This document shows positions 1-12,028 of a stretch of 64,000 nt of DNA, one piece after another. This DNA comes from Laetmonice hystrix (Eukaryota): positions 28,584,001-28,648,000 of the forward strand of contig OZ249436.1 in NCBI GenBank assembly GCA_965235115.1, in the 5' to 3' direction. The notes under the pieces were generated by a model. That model made no database searches. It worked only from the letters and a program-made list of their open reading frames with translations, and was not told where the DNA came from. The position numbers were made by a program, and so were the translations under genes. How positions within the stretch are numbered: position 1 is the stretch's first letter; each line of letters starts with the position of its first letter.

Positions 1-290
1 TCGTTGAGAGATCTTTGGAAACCGTTGCCCAGTCGCCGTTGAACGTGACAATTCGTAGCTAGGTCTTCGAGTTGTCATTATTTCATCCCGATTCATCACG
101 ACTTAAAATAAATTTTAGATCTTGATAGAACGGCATGGAACGTAGTACAATCGGCTTTGGTGGGACTGGGGCTTAATTTTCTGGCAATTGTCCTACGATA
201 AGCCAGGAATGAACAACGAACTATCCCGATTGTTCCCCGACTATATTCCCGACTGAGCAACGTTTGACCTACGATATAGCCCCGATCTGA

Positions 291-540
291 GCATGGCGTG
301 GGTGGTCTAAGCAGACTGCCTGGCGCGGGTGGTCTAAGCAGACTGCATGGCGTGGGTGGTCTAGCAGACTGCATGGCGTGGGTGGTCTAAGCAGACTGCA
401 TGCTTGGCGTGAGTGGTCTAAGCAGACTGCATGGCGTGGGTGGTCTAAGCAGACTGCCTGGCGCGGGTGGTCTAAGCAGACTGCATGGCGTGGGTGGTCT
501 AGCAGACTGCATGGCGTGGGTGGTCTAAGCAGACTTGGCG
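291..540. repeat. Minisatellite, 27-bp unit gcatggcgtgggtggtctaagcagact, about 9 copies
   Basis: Direct tandem copies visible with small variants. Confidence 0.95.
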
Positions 541-2793
541 ACCTCCGACGCAGTTAATTTGCTCAATCATCTTCCGCCCGATGATTTTGTAGCTTTTGCT
601 ATCGAGGAGTGTCCTACACTAATTTAGAAGTCATTACCGTCAGTGGCAAGCAGAATTTGTGTGATTCAAATGAAGTGGACAAGTGATGTCCACTTCATTT
701 GTCGGAGGAAGTGTTTCACGGTTTTCCCCCGAGAGCCTTATCATTTATCAGGACCCTACTGCCGGTTATTCAAGATGTCCAATGTAGAAGCGAGTCATTA
801 AAACCATTTGACAAACCGAAAAATTCTGAGAATAAAAGAATCAATAAGGATCAGATCTCAGGCGTACATACAAAGTAATATGTTCGTGTATTAAAATCTT
901 AGTCGTACGTTTTGAAACATGGCGGCGATGAGAATCTAGCGATCTAAGCAGATTTAAGTAGAAGATATGGGACAAAAATAGATCTGTAGGGAAGTTTGTT
1001 ACGGAAGCTTACCTCCGACTTGGGGACAGTATTTCTACAGCCGTGCCTCATTGAAAAAATACAAACGGCATTGTCGGTTTATTTCTTTTGATTTCGCGTG
1101 CGTCCTTTCATTCTGTTTTTCCTTTCCTTATAAAACCATAGAAAACAGTCTTTCCTCCCAGCATGTGTAAAGATAAAAAGGGGACAGTCGCCATGTTTCT
1201 CCGGTCCAGCGGGTCTCTCCTTCCTGTTGGGGAAGCCATTGAAGATGCTGCATCAAGGGCGTCTTCAATCCCCAGCCGGACTTCACCAGCAGACAGTAAC
1301 CTCCTGCAGTTATAACATTGATGATACGTCTATAAGGGACGTCGTAAGTTGATATAACTGAAGCCCTGTAGTCTGTAGACTTGATTTAAAAACACCAGAT
1401 GATGGGTTCGAGTGGATCAGAATTGGCTTGACCGAGTACACCTGTTATATAACTGATGTGCCGGAAAGGGCAACCTTCTCTGCGGTGATGCGCCAGAATC
1501 GCCAAAACGGTTAGGAAAATCAATTAAAAAAAGCTCTAATGCAGATGTGAAAAGGTTTTATTTCAACTATAGGAAATCCTGGGAGTAGCCTCTCTCCTTT
1601 TTTAGGAAGTCGCACCATACGATTTTTATTAAGGCTGATGCTTTTATTAAGGTTGAATATCTTAAGATATTGCTGAAGTCTAGAGAGTTAGTCAGCATGC
1701 CATGAATTTATATGCATAATATATGTATTCCCGATTCAACATAGGCCTAGGAAACTTAGTGTGTGACAAATAATTTATCGGAACTGACCATTGTGTAGAT
1801 GAATAATGACAGAAACGAAAGGCAAAGGTTCCAACACGGTAGTGGTCTCTAGCAGTATTACTGTCGCATAGTATCGATGTCGGCGTACACAATGTATACA
1901 TACAGGTGATACTCGTCACATATCAATCATGACGGCGCAGAATGCCGCCAGAGACAACGTATGTGTCGGGTTTTCCATACACAGCACCACATCCGGTCTG
2001 CGAGTAGGGGGATGTGATAGATGGCGCCACTTAAGCTGTAAGAACCTGTCCTGATTGGAAGTGTAAATGCAGCGTTAGCGGACGGGTCGGCGCGCGACAC
2101 AACACCCATTCGGTTGAGTTATTCTGATGGGTGTGGCGCCAAGATGAGGCTTATAGAACCTGATTGGCTGTTTTAAGACGTGATGTTTTCCTATTCTTCT
2201 TAACGAACCGCCCTCGATAGTGAGTAACATATGTGTCCCAACAGCCATTTGCCTCCTTTCCTTTTAGGTTTCGCGCAGTAAGAATGAATGGTTGACTTGG
2301 TAGACGTTAGGAGAAAGCTAACATTTCTGAGATCATCTATCTTTTGTCTTTTGCGAAATGTACAGAAATCTTGTTACGTGCAGTAGAATTGGTAACCGCA
2401 GAGTATTGTGGGTAGTGCAGGGGTGTTAAAATGTTTACCAAGAATCAGTGGTTATATATGCCGAGACGATGACATAACAAACGTATAAAAAGGATAAAAT
2501 GAGATAAATACATGTAAGACTGGATATTTCTGTTACAACCCTGAATGAAATACTCCCGTACGACACTTCACTCACTCAATCATCAGATGAAAGTCTTCAG
2601 CAGAACATCAAGCTTTGTCCTGGAAACATTAATCTTAAAGAGGTATTACTTTAACATATAACTCTGAAACTTCCATGTTTCGTATCGACAATGAATATCA
2701 GAGAGATATCCAGTTACAGACAGTACATGTTTGGTTGCGCCCAGATTGAGGCCAGACCGGCGCAGGATATAATTACTTGCCCTTGATAACGTT

Positions 2794-3202
2794 GAGCCGG
2801 GCATACACTGTACACTTTTTCCACGATCCGACCCGACGCAACTAGTCGGTGCCTGTTGCGCTGAATCGGATCAGGGTGAGCCGGTTAGTGTAGTCATACT
2901 CCCGGCAGAAATAGGGGCGAGTCTCTGTCACTCTCAGGGGTTGTCGTAAGATTTGGTGTTTGAAAACTTAGCTCGCGATTATCGGGCCTAATCTGGTTGG
3001 GCCGATCTGTTCGGAGTTGATATTTTCCACTCCAGTCGGATACTCGGTCTAGTCGGATTTGTTCGGTATTAGTCGGTGTAGTGTATCCACCCTAGTCGCG
3101 GGGAGTCGGTCATATAGACCGACCGACCCAGTCAGGGTCAGTTGGCGCCAGCTCAGTCGGGTCTGATCCGATCGGCAGAAGACTGCCAGTGTACTCCGGT
3201 AT
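2794..3202. mobile_element. Putative MITE / non-autonomous DNA transposon with degenerate TIRs
   Basis: Left ccgggcatacactgtacactttttcc vs reverse complement of right end ccggagtacactggcagtcttctgcc; interior rich in tcgg/ccga motifs. Confidence 0.55.
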
Positions 3203-3473
3203 TAACATTGGAAACAAAGGTCTTGATGTCGCTCGATTTAGCCAGACGTATTGAACATACGCACATGGCCACCCTATAGGATCGCGGCAAGTTTCGGTTG
3301 TACTTCCCCAATGATTTGTAAAGTAAATTTAGCCGATTAGATCAGTTTTCTATGTAGCTCTGTTATAATCTTATTTCCTTTATCTTTCCGTGGAACGTAC
3401 AGTCATTTTTTTTATCACCGACAACCTGTATAGTGTATAGTTACTGTATACTGACTATATCGACGTTCACCAA

Positions 3474-3628
3474 TCAGGCCCGTCTTATTAAGGTCTGGTT
3501 ATAGTAACGATATCGTATATTTACATAGGACTGAATGACAGACCAACTTTAACTAGTGGCCTCCCATTCACTTTATAATAACTCAGCGATATCGTTAATA
3601 ACGAGACAATAGTAAGACAGGCCCCTGA
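3474..3628. mobile_element. MITE (about 155 bp) with about 40-bp imperfect TIRs
   Basis: tcaggcccgtcttatta...taacgatatcg pairs with cgatatcgttaat...gtaagacaggcccctga. Confidence 0.75.
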
Positions 3629-4984
3629 TCTGTAGGCTGGCAGAGTGGACAGGCATATCGACCGGTATCAGATAAACCTCTTTAACAACTTAGGAAAGGG
3701 GGGATTCACTGGGTCACTGTAAACATTATAAACTATAAACTTTGAAAAGTTACCACTTCGTTAAAAAGTCAACGTAATGCTATGTTCATGAGCGATGCAT
3801 GGAAAATTTAGTGGATGGCAGAAATATGGAATTGAATCAGATAAAATAAAAAAGGCAGATTCATTTGTTTTCTTTTGTTAAACCTAGTCACAAAGACCCT
3901 TGCTATGTTGTACAGATTTTATGTATTGTTGACATATACTGATAGGGAGATAAGGGAGCAGTTTACAACACTATAGGTGTTAGCTGGTATGCGCGGTATG
4001 CCCGGAACCTCTTTGTATGTGGTATTCAATCTCCCAAACTATTGTTGTGGAGTCATTTCCCCCCCCCCCCCCAATCGGTATACTAGATAATCAGGTTCGT
4101 GTAGGCCTACCTTTGCCACTTGTAGTGTTGGTGAGTGACACGACAGGCATGACGACACCCGGTAGTGGCAATGATCATAATGGGACCGGGTCCTGGCCGC
4201 CGAGTGCACCATACTATAGGAACACCGTTTACATATAGGTTAACTTGTCCAAACTAGTACACTGGACTGAGAACATGCCGGAGAAGTTTAGCTCAAATCC
4301 GTGTCAATGGGAAGACTTGGCCCACACTACGACGCCCTGCGGGCATCAAGTAAGGAAAAGCTTAGGAAGGGGATCGACGTAACAGACAACTCCAATGGGC
4401 AGAGTCCCTCATTGAACGACCGGCGAAGGCGGAGGAACATTTTGGTGGACATCCCGACCCCACAGCTTGGCCCGGAACCCTGTTGGCCTAGGTTTCACAG
4501 GTTGTCCACCGTTGCCGTGGTAAGAGCTTAGGGTGACTGTGAATGGACAGTTGCCAGTAAGATCTGCGTACATTTATCGCTAGGCCAGTGAAAGTATGAA
4601 TTGGTTTTAAGGTCATATCGCTAAAATTTATTATTATACACAAGTATCTAGAGAAGTTCTCCAAAATAATTGAACTGCCATCCTATTTCAACGAATTCAA
4701 TGTTTTATTTGTTAAATTATCGAAAGACAAAATGCAGCGTTTCACAAACTTGTCTTGGGCCAGGCCCATCGTGGAGTACCACTGCATCTCCGCTGGATTT
4801 CAGAATGGCACCTCAAGTTAAACGTGGCTGTTTTTCTTCCGCGTAGTCTAGACAAGAAGTTGGCATTATGTCAGTGCTGCCAGGGCATAATGTTCGATAG
4901 GCGTTTCACCAAAGGAGTCAGTGAATTGGAGGTTTTACACCCTGTCGACAGTATTTCAGTCATATTCATGGCAATAGGAACCAT

Positions 4985-5190
4985 TTAATTCAGTCAAGGG
5001 GCCAATTTTACCCCCGAGTCCTGGGGGGTGGGGGGTGATGAGGATGAAGCGAAAAAGAAACCTGATACCGGGAGGCAATCAGCTACTCCTTCCGAAAAAT
5101 TGCAAGGGTTCTTTTATATGCCCAGTCGCACAGACACGGCTGGACCTACCAAAGCCTTTGATGACCCAGTTGCGAATCACTGGGAAGGGT
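4985..5190 (-). mobile_element. SINE-like fragment resembling a conserved metazoan SINE central domain (MetaSINE-like)
   Basis: Minus strand reads ...ccgtgtctgtgcgactgggcatataaaagaacccttgc...gagtagc, recalled as similar to invertebrate SINE cores; not verified by search. Confidence 0.45.
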
Positions 5191-7379
5191 CAGTGAGGAA
5201 AATGGTACCTGAAGCACCTGAAGTACCTGACACTCGACCACTTCCCCATACCAGCCCTCGCTCCATTTGTCGCTTTTTACGAACAGACAGGGGTTGAGCT
5301 GAGGATGTAAAATTTAACATTAAGATGATGTCGTTATTGTTGGGTAAGGAGGGACTCACTGTTCAGTGTTTTTTTTTCTATTTTTAAAAAATTATTAGTA
5401 ATTGAAGGAATAATATTGACCAACCAATATTATGTGTATCAGTGACCATAAATCTATTTATATCTAATTCATTTAGCCAATTTTAGATTCGGTATGATGT
5501 CATGAAAACTACCGTGCAGTTGAACTGAAAATGAAAGTTGCCGTGTATCACTGTACTTCTGGTTGGCCGTTGGCATTCTAGACTAGTTATAAACTGAGTA
5601 ATACTTGTGTACCCGGCTCTATTTACTGCCTACCTTTAATTCTGGAAATAAGTACTAGAATATGCGGGATCAGTAAATAAAAAGGAACTATCTTACTATT
5701 CGATCTCCCTGCAGAGTCGTTCAGGGAGTGCCCATGTATAATTTTGTCGTTGTCTACAGCATCACATCAATTTCGAATATTATTTTATGGACATGAATAC
5801 CATATCTCTACGTGAGATAGTTTAATCGAAATCAGTTTTATATTATGCATCAACACAATTTGTTATGGCAACTTAATCACCTGTGTAGTCAATTTCAATG
5901 GTAGTAAATCGTTTCAGAAAATTGGGACATTGGGGAAATGATTTCTAAACACGGTCCCCATGTAGTTTCTGATTAGAGCAATAATGACAAGGCTCATTAG
6001 TTGGTGTAGAGTAATTCTCATAATAAAACGGAATGAGTAGTATTTACCCGGTATGACGTAGGCATTCTCCTTCTCTTGTGTATCTACACCAGTACATCTC
6101 AACGTTGATGTGTCGAACATTAAAACAGGGGTTAAATGTTCCTTATAAGGAGAAGAAGGAAGTTTCATATTGACGATGTCCTGTTATTCTTATCTTAGAC
6201 TTTAGAAACGTGGAAGAAGATAGAGTCTTAACCAATCGAAATTCAGTGAAAGATTAAACATCTCTGAATGCTAGTTACCGCTGTTTGCCTTTTTGGTCGG
6301 ACAATTCACAGTGAGGTTTCTAAGGTAGTGACCGTAGTGTTAATCATGAAATGAAATTGATTTACACTCCTTCCCCATTTCTCCCAGTTTACCAAGGCCT
6401 TCTGGCCAACACTACAAAAACTACCAGCAGGCCACTAATAGTGAAAGTGTTTTTAGTTAAAAATAATGCACACGACGAGCCATTGAAACGTTGGTGAAAT
6501 TACCTCATTCCCACCCGTAATTGTCAGCCGTTGTCACAGGGTCTCCAGAGACAATTTCTTTGATTGTGTTTTCCTTTACATGGTGATGTTTGCTCGCTTA
6601 TGAGCCTTGTGAATCACGGTTGTTCACTCAAATCTAACTGAAAAAAAATCAGCTGCATCGAAATTACTACCAACGGACCGTATTGTTCGCGTGTGCTGGC
6701 GATGACTGCGTTGGTTTTCAGACGATAGCTTTTAATGATGCTGGAATGGACGGAGACCTTTGGAATTAATTTGTTAAAACGACGTGAATTATCTGACAAG
6801 GATTGGCTGAGAGTACACTTATGTTTTGTCTAGGACAGAGCCTGACAGAATCTCTCTGATTCGGATCGAGTCGTTGTAGCGCCGGTTCGGCGGTTAGGAT
6901 CAAAGAGTTAAAGCAATGCTCCACTTTTCCATTTTTTTTATTCTTACGATCTATTTCCGACAATTTTTTGGGTGACTTATAAATTTTGAAATCTACGTAA
7001 CATCTAACAAAAGGCAATATGCAACTAGAGCGTGGCTGCTCGACTCCTTTCGTGTGGGATCTTACATTATCATCAGCCCCGTCATGTCAATATTGAAACC
7101 ATTGTCTTTTACACGTAGATCCAATTTACTGTGAAAGTCTTCCACCAGAGCAGGATTGCTAATCAATTGATGATCCAGGTAGTTTGAGCAGGCTTGGAGG
7201 ATTGAAAGAGAATGGGAGATTTGTAGACTAAAGATAGTAGGAAGTAGACTGTACGGAGAAGTAGCTCTAATCTTGTAGCTTAGTGCACCAGATAAAGATT
7301 GTAATTTGATTATAAACAGCATAGTGATGAGCCCAATGCTCCCATAATAGGAATAGGGGGTTCTTTCAATATTGTGGCA

Positions 7380-8140
7380 TCATGCCATGTAAGATGTCAC
7401 GCCTACTTTTTTCAGGGGTATGAGTTTGATATTTGCTAAAACAGTAGAACCAAATTTATTTATCTTCGTGTCCGCTTGTCTCAAATAGCAAAAATGGTGG
7501 GCTATTATTCCAAAAATATTATATTCCTTTGAAGTCAGAAATAAGGGTTTCACTTTGAGTTTGAAAGACCAAACCTTTGAGCCAATGATTCCACCCTTTA
7601 TCATCGCAGTATCACTCGGAATTAATGTTGTTGATATCGTACTTTGGAATCTGTTGCATATTTCCTGAAAAACTTGGAGGAAGATCTGTGCTGTAGAATG
7701 GGCCGGCCAATTTGGACCTGTCAGTGATTGTGCCGTAATGGAAAGACGCGATGCCTCCGGCTTTGTCAGTGCCCTGGAGAGTTTGGGGGGAGACTTGGAG
7801 TGTCAGACGCTGTTATTAGGCAGGATCCTGAGAGATTCGGGAGATGAAAGGGCTTAGAGATGTACCTGTCGGCCGGGGAATCATGGAAGTTCCTGTAAGC
7901 AGGCCATAAAACAAGACAGGTTGATGAATGTGGAGGACTTTCCAGCAGAGTGTCTGTGTATTTGGTTTGATGACGAAGATTCTATCGTGATTGATGCCTG
8001 GCAGGTGGTAGTTATCGGTAGACAGAAACTTGATGACCTTTTTATACCTTGAGCTATTGTGAGAGTTGGTCATCATCAGGCGCGTAGGAACTGTAGGTAA
8101 AGAAGAGGCCCCGGTGGTCTGGCTGTCCCAGGGAGGCCTG
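7380..8140 (-). mobile_element. Decayed piggyBac-like transposase fragments
   Basis: Minus-strand peptides RYKKVIKFLSTDN...DRIFVIKP, SMIP, and ...RFQST..LIPSDTAMIKG..GSKVW resemble piggyBac DN..DRLFKIRP / DESMIPFKG / G.KVW motifs; many stops and frameshifts. Confidence 0.5.
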
Positions 8141-10006
8141 TAAGGTGGTATTGTGGTATGGGGAGGGGGAAAGGAAAGATACTTCAGCCCCCACCCACCC
8201 ATCCCCGACATTTTTTATATTGGTGGGCTGTTAGCCCCCTGCACCCTAGTTGTGAAAGCCTCTGAAAGATTAATAACCATAACCAATTGCACTTCGTGAC
8301 GTCTGTGGAGTGGTAGGTTGCTTGGGGTGCCGATTTTCTCACTGCAAGTCAAATATTGCGCGTGTTAGAATAGAAAACAGAAGACACTTTAGGGAACCTC
8401 CGGGTACACATTGTATATGGCTTGTGAAATGAGTAAGCGGCGTCTTTTGTGGATTAAGATAACATAGCTAGCTTTAAGTACAAAGGTTAGATACAAGATC
8501 AAAAGGACAGTGTCTGTCGCTGCATGGCCTGCATGTCCTTGCTTTGCAGGCCGGAATCACCATTGATTGATTACATAAGTTGGCTTCACAAGTTAAAACA
8601 CGCTGAGCCTTTAGTTGCCAGGTAAATCTGTGTATAACAAGGGACCTTGAGATGTTCATACAGAGGTCGGTTCGTAAGAAGGAGCTAGGGATGCTAACAT
8701 GTACATCAAGGGCCGTGCATGTGGCAGGGCCGATGGATCGATAGGATTCCAGAGGAGAAATATAGAAAACAGCGTCTTTTTGCTGTGTGGAAAAAAAAAA
8801 GAAATCTTTAAAATTGTTGTTTGGAGGTTGGTTCGATATTATTGGCAGGTGGGACAAGTAAAGGTTGTTCTGTTCTTATTCTCACGGGTTGCGGTCTTCA
8901 GAAACGCTTTGTCTCGACCGCTACATGTGTTATTCACACTAAATGTAACTATCTGATTAATGCGGTTGTCATTGCCTGATGTGTTGAATGGATGGACATG
9001 GGTTTTTTTCTGGAATATGTTGGATGGTAGGAATGGAATGAAATGTACCAGCAGATTGTACAATAATATTTGTATTTTCCTGGAAGAATAGGCACACTTT
9101 TGTTGCCTTTGTGAATATGCGTAACAGCTGAGAATAGAACTGTCATAACTGTGTTAGATCAAAGCCTACTTCTGCTATTCTTTCTGTAAGCAAGGAGACA
9201 AGGAAGCAGTAGATGTTTTTATTACATTAAGCAACCGTTTTTTTTAAATATTGATGTCTTCTGGGGAATTTTTGAGAATTTTGAGCGATCGTAAGAGATT
9301 CTTTCATCTTTCGATACCGTAATATTTTATATGCCTGCAAGGACTGAAATAGTTCAAAAAATTCGTTCGCTCTACATGGACTAATTGTCAGTGTGGCATA
9401 AATATCCTCTTACCCACCTTCTCAGGAGGTAATTCCATGATAATTTAATTGATTTCTCATCACTGCCACATTTGGTTGATATTTCCATGTACCTTTTAGA
9501 TGGTGACTTGTATTTCTATTGGTTTATTTCTCGCCTGAGCTATAGTTCTCTCGTAATATAACTGTTGACGTTAAGCCTGGTGGCCAGGCTGTGTGTTTAG
9601 TATCGCACGCACCATGGAAATGACACTAAAAGGATTGGTAATGACAGATATAAAGGCAAAAAAGATCATTATTGAGGGAATTAATTAGAACCGATGATGG
9701 AGCACGCAGAATTAATGAATGTTAGATGGATCCGTAGAGAATTTTAGTGAGATGAATGCCAAGCCATATATTTTAGGATATTGTGCGAGAAGAGTATTTG
9801 TGATAGCAGTGGTATGTTGGAGATGTTGGCACCGCAGTTGAATAGGTTACTAACAAGTTGATGATAAGGCAGGAATGCTTATTGGGACAGGACCTTTTTG
9901 TAAATATCACTTGATGTTTCTTTTGTTTTCACATCTGTGTCTTTCTCACAACACGACCATGTGGGAACAGTTGATGGTAATTTAAACAAGTGGCGAATAA
10001 TAATTA

Positions 10007-10378
10007 TGTTCTCAGTATTGATATGGCGTTATTGCTCTCACTCAATGTACTGCTAGTTCTCGGTATTAATATGGCGTTATTGCTCCCACTCAATGTACTG
10101 CTAGTTCTCAGTATTAATATGACATTATTGCTCCCACTCAATGTACTGCTAGTTCTCAGTATTAATATGGCGTTATTGCTCCCACTCAATGTAGTGCTAG
10201 TTCTCAGTATTAATATGACATTATTGCTCCCACTTAATGTACTGCTAGTTCTCAGTATTAATATGACATTATTGCTCCCACTCAATGTACTGCTAGTTCT
10301 CAGTATTAATATGACATTATTGCTCCCACTGAATGTACTGCTAGTTCTCAGTATTAATATGACATTATTGCTCTCACC
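10007..10378. repeat. Minisatellite, 48-bp unit tagttctcagtattaatatgacattattgctcccactcaatgtactgc, about 7.7 copies
   Basis: Near-perfect tandem copies; explains the repetitive ORFs 9990..10442 and 10004..10381. Confidence 0.97.
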
Positions 10379-10696
10379 CAATATCCGGCTCCTTGAGTAT
10401 ATATCGGATGGGCCAGAAAAAACAGGAATCCTATTTACTTGACTATATAGCGTCTACAATTTACATAGTTTGCCCATGATATTTGGTGCATGATATGGCA
10501 TGGTTGTGGCGAAAACTTCAGGCATATAGGTTAAGTGGTAAGGAATCAAACACCACATGTCGAAAACTGCAATGCCGGAGAGACAATAGATTTCAGACCT
10601 ATTTCAGTTGATCTGGCCGGCCACCTGTTTTTGACAGGTGGCATTTGATTGACATATGTCGCGTCATTCAGACAGAGTGGCACCAACCCTGACTAA

Positions 10697-10815
10697 AGGC
10701 AGGTTGACACTAAGGATTACCCGGGTCAGTGGTGGTGAGGTAGTATCTTCACATACAGCTCACCACCACCATCCCGGGTAGTACCCGGGAGAAATCCTCA
10801 GTGTGAATCTGCCCT
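10697..10815. mobile_element. Short MITE with about 30-bp TIRs
   Basis: aggcaggttgacactaaggattacccggg pairs with cccgggagaaatcctcagtgtgaatctgccct. Confidence 0.75.
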
Positions 10816-11948
10816 CAGACGTGCTGCACCATGTTAATTACCATACTCTGGCATGGCTGTTTTTGACATGCAGTTTTGAAAATGACACTATCTTTAGACG
10901 TTTTGACCTATTTATCTGAAATTTGTACCACACGCCCCAATTAACCCTATAATATCACGTGATGACATCGGTATATATGAAAATTATAGAAGTTGCACAG
11001 AAGGCCCACCCGATATAAACAGCAAAAGAAGTTAGAAATCCGTATTAAGCTTATGTGACGAAATGACTAAAAAAAATTGGTTTGGCATAATCGGTCGGCA
11101 CGCACAGTCCCGTAACGGCCGACTGATCGTCAACATTGAAGTGCTGTTTGCACACCATCCATTTATAGCAACATGTCTGTGTGCTCGATCTTGTGAAAGA
11201 TTACATAATGATTTTGTTCCACACGTTTCTGTGTAAATGTTAGAAAATGGATGTTAGCGATATAAGCGGGCGAGTGTAGGCGTGTGTGTGTGTGTGTGGG
11301 GGGGGGTTATTGTGAAGTAGTACTGGCATCTGATCTAAGAATATACAGAATGGGGGGTTCATATTCCAGAGTTGTCAAAGTTAGCTGATGACGGTATAGC
11401 ATGCTATAGAAATGGCAAGCGACAGGCTTGCTAAAAGTTCACATCGTTCCTGCTGTTATACTACTGCGCAATTTAATGAAATCAAGCGTAATTATGATAA
11501 TTGAATAAATGCTGAGTTGGACTCTCTTTCATAAATTGTGTACAGACACCATTTAAACGTTTGTTTTCATGGGTTTTCTAAGTTCTAACGCGGATTTAGG
11601 AGATGAAGACCTTCTGTAATGGTACATACAGCTTTTCAGTTACTTCCAGTTAGCAACCAACCAACATGACCGCTGTGGTCGGAAACGACCGAATATTGTA
11701 TTTGGTGTGATCTGTCATCTGATTTGTGGTTCCAGTATTTGCCAGGATGTGACAATGACGACTTTTGTTGTTGTTGTTGAACGTCATGATTCGGGTATCA
11801 GTAGGTACTTGATTGATATCACCACTGGGCGTCAAAACAATTGCCAAGTCGATGGTATTCATACCAGGAACTAACTGCACTGTTGATGCGGTAATGATGC
11901 TGAAGAATCGTCATAATATTATGAACTATTATTTCTCTCTACTTTCAG

Positions 11949-12028
11949 AGTCAGAGATCCTGGATTGAGCGGGTGTTCTACAAGAGGGAATGCATCAAGT
12001 TCATAGCTGTCAATAAGGAAAAGACAAA
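11949..12028 (+). CDS. TRPM3: TRPM exon: N-terminal [27 protein letters not shown]
   Basis: tttcag acceptor, aa|gtaag donor; matches the TRPM3/7 N-terminal SWIE..F.KREC motif; phase joins 23588. Missing from the ORF track. Confidence 0.9.

Noticed and set aside
9990..10442. 150-aa Leu-rich repetitive ORF and 125-aa antisense ORF
   Set aside because: Both arise from a 48-bp minisatellite whose unit is a multiple of three; no recognisable domain, and the period does not fit leucine-rich repeats.
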